Assembly (NCBI GenBank): GCA_031459625.1
Contig: JAVKIH010000001.1
Span: 108,316-172,315 of the forward strand
Source of the DNA: Candidatus Geohabitans tengchongensis
Lineage (GTDB): Bacteria > Sysuimicrobiota > Sysuimicrobiia > Sysuimicrobiales > Humicultoraceae
Direction of reading: 5' to 3'
Length of the DNA stretch: 64,000 bases
Shown: positions 8,981 through 17,923 of the stretch, piece by piece
Layout of the letters: the number at the start of each line of letters is the position of its first letter
How positions within the stretch are numbered: position 1 is the stretch's first letter
Program-made: the position numbers and the translations under genes
Notes under the pieces: model-generated
Database searches by the model: none
What the model saw: only the letters and a program-made list of their open reading frames with translations
What the model was told of the DNA's origin: nothing

Positions 8981-10237
8981 ATGAGCCCGGTCTGGTACAA
9001 AGCCCCCGACCCCCATCCGGGTCCCGACGAGGTCGCGCAGGTTGTGGCCGGCATCCTGGCGGATGTCCGCGCCCGCGGGGATGCAGCGGTGCGCGAACAC
9101 ACGCGGCGCTTCGACGGCGTCGACCGTCCCTCGCCGGTCGTCCCCCGCCAGGCGGCCCTGGCCGCGCTGGACGGGCTCGACCCCCTCACCCGCGAGGCCC
9201 TGCAGTGGGCGCACGACCACATCGCCGCCTTCGCCCGGGCCCAGCGCGACGCGCTGCATCCCCTGGAGGTCGAGGTGGAGCCCGGCGTGCGGGCGGGCCA
9301 CCGCCTCCTCCCGGTCGGGGCGGCCGGGTGCTACGTCCCGGGCGGACGCCATCCGCTCCCCTCCACCGCGCTCATGACCATCGTGCCGGCGCGCGTCGCC
9401 GGGGTGCGGCGGGTGGCGGCCTGCGCCCCACCCGGCCCGGACGGCCAGATCCACCCCGTGACCCTCGCCGCCATGGCCCTCGCCGGCGCCGACGAGATCT
9501 ACTGCATGGGCGGCGCGCAGGCGGTGGCCGCGTTGGCCTTCGGCACGGCCACGGTCGCCCCGGTCGACGTCGTCGTGGGTCCGGGCAACCGCTACGTGGT
9601 GGAGGCGAAGCGGCAGGTCTACGGCACCGTCGGTGTGGACCTCCTCGCCGGCCCCTCCGAGGTGTGCGTGGTGGCCGACGGGAGCGCGGCCCCCGAGCTC
9701 GTCGTCGCCGACCTGCTGGCCCAGGCGGAGCACGACCCCGACGCCCGGGCGGTCCTGGTCACCACCGAGGAGCGGCTGGCGCAGGTGGTAGTGGAGGTGG
9801 TCGCCGCGCGCCTCCGCACGATGCCCGCCCAGGCGGCGGCCCGCCGGGCCTGGGAGGGGCGCGGAGAGGTCATCCTGGTGGCCGACATTGTGGAGGCCGC
9901 GAGCGTCGTGGACCGCCTGGCTCCCGAGCACGTCCTGCTCCACCTGCGCGACCCGGCCCCGCTGGCGGAGCGGCTCACCGCCTACGGGGCCCTCTTCGTC
10001 GGACCGAACAGTGCGGAGGTCTTCGGGGACTACGGCGTCGGTCCCACCCACGTCCTGCCCACCGGGGGGGCGGCCCGCTTCGCCTCGGGCCTCTGGGTGG
10101 GGCACTTCCTGCGGGTCGCCCCCTACCTCGAGGTCTCTCCTGCGGGGGCCGCCGCGCTGGTCCCCGTGGCGACCCGCCTGGCTGAGATCGAGGGGTTACC
10201 CGGCCACGCCTACGCGGCCCGGCTGCGCCTGCCCTGA
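8981..10237 (+). CDS. hisD: Histidinol dehydrogenase family protein (HisD or HisD-like paralog)
   Basis: YVPGG, GPGNRYV, AGPSE, DLLAQAEHD, APEH, GDY..GPTHVLPTGG, EGLPGHA. Confidence 0.8.
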   Translation: MSPVWYKAPDPHPGPDEVAQVVAGILADVRARGDAAVREHTRRFDGVDRPSPVVPRQAALAALDGLDPLTREALQWAHDHIAAFARAQRDALHPLEVEVEPGVRAGHRLLPVGAAGCYVPGGRHPLPSTALMTIVPARVAGVRRVAACAPPGPDGQIHPVTLAAMALAGADEIYCMGGAQAVAALAFGTATVAPVDVVVGPGNRYVVEAKRQVYGTVGVDLLAGPSEVCVVADGSAAPELVVADLLAQAEHDPDARAVLVTTEERLAQVVVEVVAARLRTMPAQAAARRAWEGRGEVILVADIVEAASVVDRLAPEHVLLHLRDPAPLAERLTAYGALFVGPNSAEVFGDYGVGPTHVLPTGGAARFASGLWVGHFLRVAPYLEVSPAGAAALVPVATRLAEIEGLPGHAYAARLRLP

Positions 10238-10251
10238 AATCGGGCCTGGGC

Positions 10252-10281
10252 TTGACTACGAACATATGTTCGCGCTAGGGT
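10252..10281 (+). promoter_or_regulatory. Sigma70-type promoter with a LexA (SOS) box in the spacer
   Basis: TTGACT(10252-57)-N18-TAGGGT(10276-81); perfect palindrome CGAACATATGTTCG at 10259-10272. Confidence 0.88.
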
Positions 10282-10418
10282 GGTGCTGAGGGAGATCCAC
10301 TTCGGCTCTGCGATCCGTCCCGGGCGTCCAGTGTGGAGGACGGGTTTTGGCGTGGAAGCTCACCGATCGTACGCCGCCGAGCTGCGGTCGCGCGGGGAAG
10401 AGGCTGAGTGATTGGGTG

Positions 10419-11585
10419 ATGATACACGGCGCTGCGGCAGAGCCTCACGGACTCCCGCTCATTGCGGCCGCGGCGGAGGCGGCGCTGAACAGGCTCGCGG
10501 CAGAGGCAGGCCCGCCGGTCGCCGTGAGTGCCCCGTCGACGGTCACGCCTCGCCTCTTCCACCCTGTCGGCGAGCGGTCGACTCCAAGGGTGCAGTGGGT
10601 CGAGGTCAGGGTCAGGTCCGTCCTCAACCGCGTCCGCGGCATGCCCTTCCGCTGGTCCATCAACCCCTACCGGGGATGCCAGATGGCCTGCACCTACTGC
10701 TTTGCGCGGGTCACCCACTGGTACCTCGACCAGGACGGCGTGGGGCAGTGGTCCTCGCGCATCTTCGTGAAGGTGAACGCCCCGGAGGTCCTGCGCCGGG
10801 AGCTGGCACGTCCCACGTGGCGGCGGGAACAGGTGCACATCGGCACCGCCACCGACCCGTACCAGCCCGCTGAGGGCGCCTACCGCCTCACCCGGCGCAT
10901 CCTGGAAGCCCTGCGCGACTCCGACACCCCCGCGGCGCTGGTGACGAAGTCGACGATGGCCGTGCGGGACGTGGACGTCCTGGGGCAGCTGGCCGCCGGG
11001 CCGGGTGCCTTCGTCTACTTCACCGTGACGACCGTCGACCCGGTCCTGGCCCGGGAGCTGGAACCCGACGCGCCCCCGCCCCAGCGGCGGCTAGAGGCCA
11101 TGGCACGCCTGGCCGACGCCGGCATCCCGGTGGGCGTGCTCCTCGCCCCGGTGCTCCCCGGCATCACCGACCGCGAGGAGCAGCTGGCCGCGGTGGTCGA
11201 GGCCGCGCGGCACTACGGGGCCAGGGCGCTCTCCACCAACACGCTCTACCTGGGGGAGGTGACGCGCGAGGCCTTCTTCGCCTACCTGACGCAGCGGCGG
11301 CCGGCGCTGGTCCCGGAGTACGAGCGGCTCTACCGCGGGACGTACGCACCCCGGAGCTACCAGCGGCGCGTGCGCGAGGTCGTGGCTGCGCTGAAGGCGC
11401 GCGCCGGGTTCAGCACGTCCCCGCAGGCGTCAGCCCGTCCCGGGCCCACTGCGGGCCGCGGAGCGCGCATGCGCAAGGGGGCGCCTGGGCGTCCTGAGGC
11501 GGTGCTGCTGCGTTCGGCAGACGGCCGGGTGCGCCAGACGGCCCCGGCGCTCGAGGTGCGCCAGACCGTGCTGGCGCTCGGGTGA
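10419..11585 (+). CDS. Radical SAM protein, SplB-like/Rv2578c-like DNA-repair family (start uncertain)
   Basis: INPYRGCQMACTYCFAR (CxxxCxxC), GTATDPYQPAE, TKS, APVLPGITD; LexA box upstream. Confidence 0.88.
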   Translation: MIHGAAAEPHGLPLIAAAAEAALNRLAAEAGPPVAVSAPSTVTPRLFHPVGERSTPRVQWVEVRVRSVLNRVRGMPFRWSINPYRGCQMACTYCFARVTHWYLDQDGVGQWSSRIFVKVNAPEVLRRELARPTWRREQVHIGTATDPYQPAEGAYRLTRRILEALRDSDTPAALVTKSTMAVRDVDVLGQLAAGPGAFVYFTVTTVDPVLARELEPDAPPPQRRLEAMARLADAGIPVGVLLAPVLPGITDREEQLAAVVEAARHYGARALSTNTLYLGEVTREAFFAYLTQRRPALVPEYERLYRGTYAPRSYQRRVREVVAALKARAGFSTSPQASARPGPTAGRGARMRKGAPGRPEAVLLRSADGRVRQTAPALEVRQTVLALG

Positions 11586-11649
11586 CTCCGGCCGGGTGCC
11601 CACCCCGGTGCGCCCGCGCCGGCGGCCGATCCCGCCGGCGGCACTTCCG

Positions 11650-11678
11650 TTGACAGCCCCAGAGACCCTCCCTACGCT
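11650..11678 (+). promoter_or_regulatory. Sigma70-type promoter of citrate synthase
   Basis: TTGACA-N17-TACGCT, then AAGGAGG RBS before GTG 11703. Confidence 0.7.
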
Positions 11679-11702
11679 AGATTCGCCAAGGAGGGACACC
11701 GC

Positions 11703-12839
11703 GTGTCGCAGGGGGCGCGTCCGCAGGTTCAGGCCGGGCTGGAAGGGGTCGTCGCGGCGGCCTCCGCCATCTCCTTCGTCGACGGTCAGGAAGGCCGGCT
11801 CCTCTACCGCGGGTACGACATCCACGACCTCGCCGAGCACAGCACCTTCGAGGAGGTCGTCTACCTCCTCTGGCACGGCGAGCTGCCCACCCGGGCCCAG
11901 CTCACGGCGCTGCGTCGCGAGCTGGGGGAGGCCCGGGCCCTCCCCGACGGGGCGCTGCGGGTGCTGCGGGTCCTGCCGGCCAACGCCGACCCCATGGACG
12001 CGCTGCGCACGGCCACCTCGGCGCTCGGTGCCCTGGATCCGGACGGGCGTGCGCCGGCGGTGGAGGCGGCGCGGCGCATCGCCGGGCGGCTGGTGGCGCA
12101 GTTCCCCACGGTGGTGGCCGCTTTCCACCGGTTGCGCCAAGGACTCGACCCGGTCGCTCCCACCCCCACCCGCGGGCACGCCGCCGACTTCCTGGCCATG
12201 CTCTTCGGCCGTGAGCCCGAGCCGGAGCTGGCACGGGCGATGGACGTCGCCCTCATCCTCCACGCCGACCACGAGCTGAACGCCAGCACCTTCGCCGCGC
12301 GCGTCACCGCCGCCACCCTCTCCGACATGTACGCCGCCGTCACCTCGGCGGTGGGGACGCTCAAGGGGCCGCTCCACGGCGGGGCCAACGAGGACGTCAT
12401 GCGCGTGCTGCAGGAGATCGGCCGCCTGGAGCGGGTGCGCCAGGTCGTCCACGCGAAGCTGGAGCGCAAGGAGAAGATCCCCGGCTTCGGCCACCGCGTC
12501 TACCGCACCGAGGACCCGCGGGTCCGGCACCTCCGCCGCCTGGCCCGGGAACTGGGAGCGCGGGCCGGCGACCTGACCTGGTTCGAGCTGACCCGGGCGC
12601 TGGAGGAGGTGGTGCGGGAGGAGAAGGGCCTCTACCCCAACGTCGACCTCTACTCCGCCGCCACCTACCAGGCCATGGGGATCCCCATGGACCTGTTCAC
12701 CTCGGTCTTCGCGGTCAGCCGCATCAGCGGCTGGACCGCCCACGTGCTGGAGCAGTACGGCGACAACCGCCTCATCCGGCCGCGCGCCGAGTACATCGGG
12801 CCGCAGCGCCGGGCCTACGTCCCGCTCGACCTGCGCTAG
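11703..12839 (+). CDS. gltA: Citrate synthase (short type; 2-methylcitrate synthase not excluded)
   Basis: GLEGV, YRGY, DHELNAST, GPLHGGANE, GFGHRVY, DPR, PNVDLYS, RISGWTAH. Confidence 0.92.
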   Translation: MSQGARPQVQAGLEGVVAAASAISFVDGQEGRLLYRGYDIHDLAEHSTFEEVVYLLWHGELPTRAQLTALRRELGEARALPDGALRVLRVLPANADPMDALRTATSALGALDPDGRAPAVEAARRIAGRLVAQFPTVVAAFHRLRQGLDPVAPTPTRGHAADFLAMLFGREPEPELARAMDVALILHADHELNASTFAARVTAATLSDMYAAVTSAVGTLKGPLHGGANEDVMRVLQEIGRLERVRQVVHAKLERKEKIPGFGHRVYRTEDPRVRHLRRLARELGARAGDLTWFELTRALEEVVREEKGLYPNVDLYSAATYQAMGIPMDLFTSVFAVSRISGWTAHVLEQYGDNRLIRPRAEYIGPQRRAYVPLDLR

Positions 12840-13047
12840 CCGCTGCCGCCGCCATCTGCCTGCCGGACGACCGGTGGCGGGGTGCGCCTCCATGGCTGCC
12901 AGGCCGGGAGAGGCCCGAGGCGAGTGGTCGGGCGCCGGCCGGATGGACGCATCGGTCCAGGGTCCGATAGTCCGATCCCGGTGTGGGCCGTAGGCTGGAG
13001 GTAGGCCGTGACGTTGGCCTTCGGGATGGGCGACGGCCGGGGGCGCG

Positions 13048-15234
13048 ATGAGCCTGCGCCGACGGATCATGGTGCTGGCGGCCATCGGGATGGTGGCCGC
13101 CACTGCGCCGTTGGGGCTCATGGGCGTCGGGATGCTCCGTGCCGCCACCGAGCGCGTCCTGGCCGAACGGCTCGCCCTGACGCGGGTGACGGCGGAGCAC
13201 CTCGACGGGCGGCTGAGCCGGAGCCGGGACCACCTGGTGGTCCTGGCGCGCCTGGTGGCGGCCGCGCGGGCGCGCGGCCGTCTCGGGGAGATGCGCCCCG
13301 TCCTCGCGGCCATCACCCTCGAGTCCACAGTGTTCACTGGCGGAGTCCTCCTGACGGACGCCGCGGGTGAGCTGGTCTTCCAGGAACCCGGCACCGACGC
13401 TCTGGCGTTGTCCCGTCAGGACCTGCGCCCGGTGATCCACCAGACCCTGAGCACGGGGCGACCGGCCGTCAGCACGCTGCTCCGCACGGCCGGCAGCCTC
13501 CCCGTCGTCGTCATGACGGTGCCGGTTCCCGGTCCGGGACCCCGGCCGGCGGGAGTGCTGGCCGGAGTGATCAACCTGGCGGACCCTGCCCTGCAGACGT
13601 TCGTGGAGGGCATGGCCGTCGGCACCACGGGGCACGCCGTCGTCGTGGATGCGGACGGCGTCGTCCTGATGAGCACCGACCGCAGGGAACTCTTCACGCG
13701 GGGCGAGCACCCGGAGTTCTTCATCCGGCACATGCGGGCACGGAAGGCCGCCGTGGGGCCGACGGAGGACCGCGAGGGGCACGCCATGGCCTTCGTGCCC
13801 CTGACGACGGTGCCCTGGGGCGTCGCGGCCGGCCAGGACGAAGAGGAGACCTTCGGCCCGATCCGGCGGCTGCGCGACCGCATCGTGCTCTTCGGGCTGG
13901 CGGTGCTGGCCGCCGCCCTCCTCTTCGCGTGGGTGGACACCGGGGCGGTCGCCGCCCCGCTGCGGTTGCTGCAGGAGAACGCCGAGCGCATTGCCCGCGG
14001 CGACCTGGGGCGTCCCGTGGACGTGCAGCGGGGCGACGAGATCGGCGCGCTGGCGCGGAGCTTCGAGACGATGCGGGTCAGGCTCCTGGCCTCTCTGGAA
14101 GAGATCCAGCGCCGGGCCGTCGCCTCCCAGGCCCTCTACGAGGTGGGCACCGAGGTGTTGAGTCTGCGGGACCGGGATGCGGTGCTGCGTTCTGTCGCCG
14201 CCCGTGCCGCCTCGCTCCTCCGGGCCGACGTCGCCGTCGTGTGCCTGTTCGCCGGGCGGGGCGACCGGGCCGTCGTGCGCGCGGCGTCCGGCCCGGCGGC
14301 CGGCGCCGTCGCCCGGGGGAGCACCTTCCCGGTGCCGGCCGGTGATCTCCAGCAGGGCTGCGTGACCTGTGCCAACATCGACGCGGCGCTCCGCTCGTCG
14401 CACCTGGCGGTGCCGCTCACCGTCGGTCGCCGCACGGTGGGTGCGCTCTGTGTCGCCTCCTCCACTCCACGGACCTTCTCCCCGGAGGACCGCGAGATCC
14501 TCAACGGCCTGGCCAACCTGGCCGCTATCGCCGTGGAGAATGCACGGCTGCAGGGGCAGGTGCGGTCACTGGCGGTCGCTGAGGAGCGCGAGCGCATCGC
14601 GCGGGAACTCCACGACAGTGTTGGCCAGGTGTTGGGCTACGTCAACACCAAGGTCCAGGCAGTGAAGCTCCTGCTGGAGGCCGGGAAACTGCCGGAGGCC
14701 CTGGCACAGCTGGGGCAGCTGGAGGACGCGGCGCGCACGAGCTACGCTGACCTGCGGGAGGCCATCCTGGGGCTGCGCACCGAGATCTCGCCCCACTGCC
14801 GGCTGGTGGACGCCTTGCGGGAGTATGTCAGCCGTTTCAGTGAGCTGAGCGGTGTGGAGACCCGGTTGCTCGTCGAGGGCGATCCTGCCGCATACCTCGT
14901 GGACCCGCCCGTCGAGCTCCACCTGATCCGCATCGTCCAGGAAGCGCTGGCCAACGTCCGCAAGCACGCGCGGGCCCGGCGCGCCTGGGTCTGGTTGGTG
15001 GAGCGGGGAGGGACCCTGATGGTGTCCGTCAGCGACGACGGCGTGGGGTTCGACCCGGCCCGCGTCGGCGGGGGGCTGTGGCCGCGGTTCGGCTTGCAGA
15101 CCATGCGCGAGCGGGCGGAAGCCATCGGCGGTTCGTTCGCGGTTCGCCGCCGCGACGGCGGGGGTACGGTGGTGAGCGTCTCCCTGCCCGTGCATCGCGG
15201 GGGACCTGTGGATGCGCGTGCTGCTGGTGGATGA
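13048..15234 (+). CDS. NarX-type sensor histidine kinase (Cache-like, HAMP, GAF, HisKA_3, HATPase)
   Basis: Two TM segments, HAMP DEIGALARSFETM, EERERIARELHD, QEALANVRKHA, DDGVGF, FGLQTMRERA. Confidence 0.93.
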   Translation: MSLRRRIMVLAAIGMVAATAPLGLMGVGMLRAATERVLAERLALTRVTAEHLDGRLSRSRDHLVVLARLVAAARARGRLGEMRPVLAAITLESTVFTGGVLLTDAAGELVFQEPGTDALALSRQDLRPVIHQTLSTGRPAVSTLLRTAGSLPVVVMTVPVPGPGPRPAGVLAGVINLADPALQTFVEGMAVGTTGHAVVVDADGVVLMSTDRRELFTRGEHPEFFIRHMRARKAAVGPTEDREGHAMAFVPLTTVPWGVAAGQDEEETFGPIRRLRDRIVLFGLAVLAAALLFAWVDTGAVAAPLRLLQENAERIARGDLGRPVDVQRGDEIGALARSFETMRVRLLASLEEIQRRAVASQALYEVGTEVLSLRDRDAVLRSVAARAASLLRADVAVVCLFAGRGDRAVVRAASGPAAGAVARGSTFPVPAGDLQQGCVTCANIDAALRSSHLAVPLTVGRRTVGALCVASSTPRTFSPEDREILNGLANLAAIAVENARLQGQVRSLAVAEERERIARELHDSVGQVLGYVNTKVQAVKLLLEAGKLPEALAQLGQLEDAARTSYADLREAILGLRTEISPHCRLVDALREYVSRFSELSGVETRLLVEGDPAAYLVDPPVELHLIRIVQEALANVRKHARARRAWVWLVERGGTLMVSVSDDGVGFDPARVGGGLWPRFGLQTMRERAEAIGGSFAVRRRDGGGTVVSVSLPVHRGGPVDARAAGG

Positions 15235-15880
15235 CCATCCCCTCTTCCGCGACGGCCTCCGAAGCCTGCTCCAGGCCCGGGGCGTTCAGGTCGTCGGCGA
15301 AGCCAGCGACGGGCAGGAAGCGCTCGAGCGCGCCTGGCAGCTTCGGCCCGACGTGGTCCTGATGGACATCACCATGCCCCGGATGGATGGCCTGGAGGCC
15401 ACGCGGCTCATCAAAGCCCGGATGCCCGACGTCAAAGTCGTCATCCTGACCGTCTCTGACGAGGACCGGATGCTCTTCGAGGCGATCAAGAGCGGGGCGC
15501 AGGGCTACCTGCTCAAGAACCTGCGGGCTGACGAGTTCTTCGACCTGCTGAGTGGGATCGAGCGAGGCGAGGCTCCCATCACCCGCCGCCTGGCCAGCCG
15601 CATCCTGGAGGAGTTCGCCCGGGAACCCGGCGGCCCGAGCCGACCCGGGACGCACGACGCGCTCACCGAACGGGAGCGCGACGTGCTCCGCTGCGTCAGC
15701 CAGGGCGCTTCCAACCGCGAGATCGCCGTCATGCTTCGCATCTCGGAGAACACGGTCAAATACCACATGAGGAACATCCTGGAAAAGCTGCACCTGCGGA
15801 ACCGCGCCGAAGTGGTGGCCTACGCGGCCCGGCGGGGATGGCTCCCGCCGGAGCGGCCCCCGGACTCCGACCCGCCCTAA
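15212..15880 (+). CDS. NarL/LuxR-family response regulator
   Basis: LVDDH, DVVLMDITMP, GYLLK, LTERERDVL...SNREIA...TVKYH. Confidence 0.95.
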   Translation: MRVLLVDDHPLFRDGLRSLLQARGVQVVGEASDGQEALERAWQLRPDVVLMDITMPRMDGLEATRLIKARMPDVKVVILTVSDEDRMLFEAIKSGAQGYLLKNLRADEFFDLLSGIERGEAPITRRLASRILEEFAREPGGPSRPGTHDALTERERDVLRCVSQGASNREIAVMLRISENTVKYHMRNILEKLHLRNRAEVVAYAARRGWLPPERPPDSDPP

Positions 15881-15916
15881 CCCCGGCGCGGGAGGGCCCC
15901 GCCGGGTCCGGCCCCG

Positions 15917-15936
15917 CCCTACCCGAACGGGTAGGG
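15917..15936. promoter_or_regulatory. Perfect inverted repeat, candidate response-regulator operator
   Basis: CCCTACCCG-AA-CGGGTAGGG between the regulator and the cupredoxin operon. The 2-nt spacer argues for a protein site rather than an RNA hairpin. Confidence 0.6.
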
Positions 15937-16076
15937 AGCTTGCCCACCTGCCTGGAGGGTCTGCACCACCCGTCCCCCTGCCCACTGGTGCGTTGTGGGC
16001 GGCGACGCGACCGCCTACCGTCGAAGCGGGCCGGCGCAGGAGCGCCGTCCACGTACCTCAGCGGAGGTGAGCAACG

Positions 16077-16559
16077 ATGGGGCGTGCAGTGGGGCTCGCC
16101 ACCATGGTGCTCGTCCTGGCTCTCCTCGTGGGTGCTGCCACCGCGGGCGGCGGGCGGCAGGTGACCGTCACCATGGGCGAAGACGGCCCGCGCATGTTCT
16201 TCCGCCCGGCTCGGATCGTGCTGGCGTCGGGCGTCGAGACGGAGCTCGTCCTGGTGAACCGCGGCAGGCTGAAGCACGAGTTCATGGTGTACGCGCCGCC
16301 GAAGCCCGGCATGTCGCGGGACGCCCTGCACGAGTGGGCCGAGGACAACAACTACTTCAAGGGCCTTGAGGTCACCGTGGAGGGTAGCGGGCTGGAAGTG
16401 GAGACCAGGGAGCTGATCGAGATCGAAGTCGCCGCGGGGAAATCCGCGGAAGTGAAGTTCACGCCGAAGAAGACCGGAACGTTTGAGATGGCCTGCCTGA
16501 TCAAGGATCCGGTGGACCACTACCAGGCGGGGATGCGAGGCACGCTCGTGGTGAAGTAG
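16077..16559 (+). CDS. Secreted type-1 (blue) cupredoxin
   Basis: Signal peptide; KHEFM and CLIKDPVDHYQAGM give the His/Cys/His/Met ligand set. Confidence 0.85.
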   Translation: MGRAVGLATMVLVLALLVGAATAGGGRQVTVTMGEDGPRMFFRPARIVLASGVETELVLVNRGRLKHEFMVYAPPKPGMSRDALHEWAEDNNYFKGLEVTVEGSGLEVETRELIEIEVAAGKSAEVKFTPKKTGTFEMACLIKDPVDHYQAGMRGTLVVK

Positions 16560-16574
16560 TGGAGGTGCGGCGCC

Positions 16575-17024
16575 ATGGGGCAGAGAGCGGTCACCGCCAG
16601 CGCGGTCTTCGTGGCGGTCCTGGCGACGGCGGCGGCCATCTATCTGGTGGATCAAGGGTACCGCCCGCCCATCTCGGCCGCGCCGCCGGTGACGCCGGAA
16701 ATCCGCCGGTTCGACCTCTACCTGCACGCCTTCGAGGTGGGGGACCGCCCCGTCTATCACTGGATGCCGCCGACGCTGGTCGTCAATGCTGGCGACCCGG
16801 TGATGCTGCGGGTGATCAACGCCGACCCTGACAGTGCCCACGGGTTCGCCCTGGGCGCCTTCAACCTCGCGGTCCCCAGCATCCCGCCCGGGCAGGCCAC
16901 CACCCTCCGCTTCCGGGCCACGCGGCCCGGTGTGTACCACTTCGGCTGCGCCCTCACCGGCTGCGCTGCGGATCACGCCAGCCAGGTGGGCCAGCTCGTC
17001 GTCCTGGGCGACACGCCGCCGTGA
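16575..17024 (+). CDS. Membrane-anchored cupredoxin with a CuA-like motif
   Basis: N-terminal TM; PTLVVNAGD, AHGFAL, PGVYHFGCALTGCAADHASQVGQL. Confidence 0.8.
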   Translation: MGQRAVTASAVFVAVLATAAAIYLVDQGYRPPISAAPPVTPEIRRFDLYLHAFEVGDRPVYHWMPPTLVVNAGDPVMLRVINADPDSAHGFALGAFNLAVPSIPPGQATTLRFRATRPGVYHFGCALTGCAADHASQVGQLVVLGDTPP

Positions 17025-17923
17025 GGGTCTCGCGACGGTCCTTCCTCAAGCTTGCCGCCGCCGCCGGGATGGTCGCGGCATGGGCGGTGGGCGAGCCGGC
17101 GGCTCCGGTGCGCCGCCCGTGGGTGGGGGCGGGCCGCGGCGTGCCGGCCCTCGCCCGCAGCACGGGCCAGGCCGGTCGGCCACGTCGCTGGGTCATGGTG
17201 GTGGACCTGGCCAAGTGTGACGGCTGCCAGGAGTGCACCCGGGCGTGCACCGCCATGCACCGCGTCCCGCCAGGACAGGAGTGGATTCGGGTCTACGAGA
17301 TGCGGGACGAGGCCACCGGCCTGGCCTACTGGCTGCCGCGTCCCTGCATGCAGTGCGACAACCCGCCGTGCGTGAAGGTCTGCCCGGTCAGCGCCACGTG
17401 GAAGCGCGACGACGGCATCGTCATGCAGGACACCAGCCGGTGCATCGGCTGTCGGTACTGCATCGCCGCGTGTCCCTACCAGGCCCGGGCCTTCAACTGG
17501 CTCGAGCCGGCCGCCACCCCCGAGCGGACCGGGGAGGCGTACGACCCCGAGTGGAACCGCGTGCATTTCAAGGGCACCACGGAGAAGTGCATCTTCTGCC
17601 CCGCCCTGATCAAGGAGGGGAAGCTTCCCGCCTGCGTGGCAGCCTGTCCCATGGGTGCCATCTATTTCGGCGACCGTGAGGAAGACGCCGTGACCAACTC
17701 CCAGGGCGAGACGGTCCGCTTCTCGGCGCTGGTGACCGAGCAGGCCGGCTACCGCCTGTTGGAGGAGCTGGGCACCGAGCCGCGCGTCTACTACCTGCCG
17801 CCGCGCCAGCGCCTCTACCCCGCGCCGCCGGCGGAGCCGGCGGCGGCACCTGTGCCGGCGGCGGCGCCGCGACGGACCGTTCCGCCGGACCGGCCTGGCG
17901 CCGTCGGAGGTGCGGTGCCATGA
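17021..17923 (+). CDS. Tat-exported 4x[4Fe-4S] NrfC/DmsB-like (ActB C-terminal-like) electron-transfer protein
   Basis: SRRSFLK Tat motif; CDGCQECTRAC, CMQCDNPPCVKVCP, CIGCRYCIAACPY, KCIFC...PACVAACP; LGTEPRVYY. Confidence 0.92.
   Translation: MRVSRRSFLKLAAAAGMVAAWAVGEPAAPVRRPWVGAGRGVPALARSTGQAGRPRRWVMVVDLAKCDGCQECTRACTAMHRVPPGQEWIRVYEMRDEATGLAYWLPRPCMQCDNPPCVKVCPVSATWKRDDGIVMQDTSRCIGCRYCIAACPYQARAFNWLEPAATPERTGEAYDPEWNRVHFKGTTEKCIFCPALIKEGKLPACVAACPMGAIYFGDREEDAVTNSQGETVRFSALVTEQAGYRLLEELGTEPRVYYLPPRQRLYPAPPAEPAAAPVPAAAPRRTVPPDRPGAVGGAVP

Noticed and set aside
14355..14375. CVTC in the kinase, and CxxC motifs in the FeS protein, as heme c sites
   Set aside because: None is followed by His (no CxxCH).
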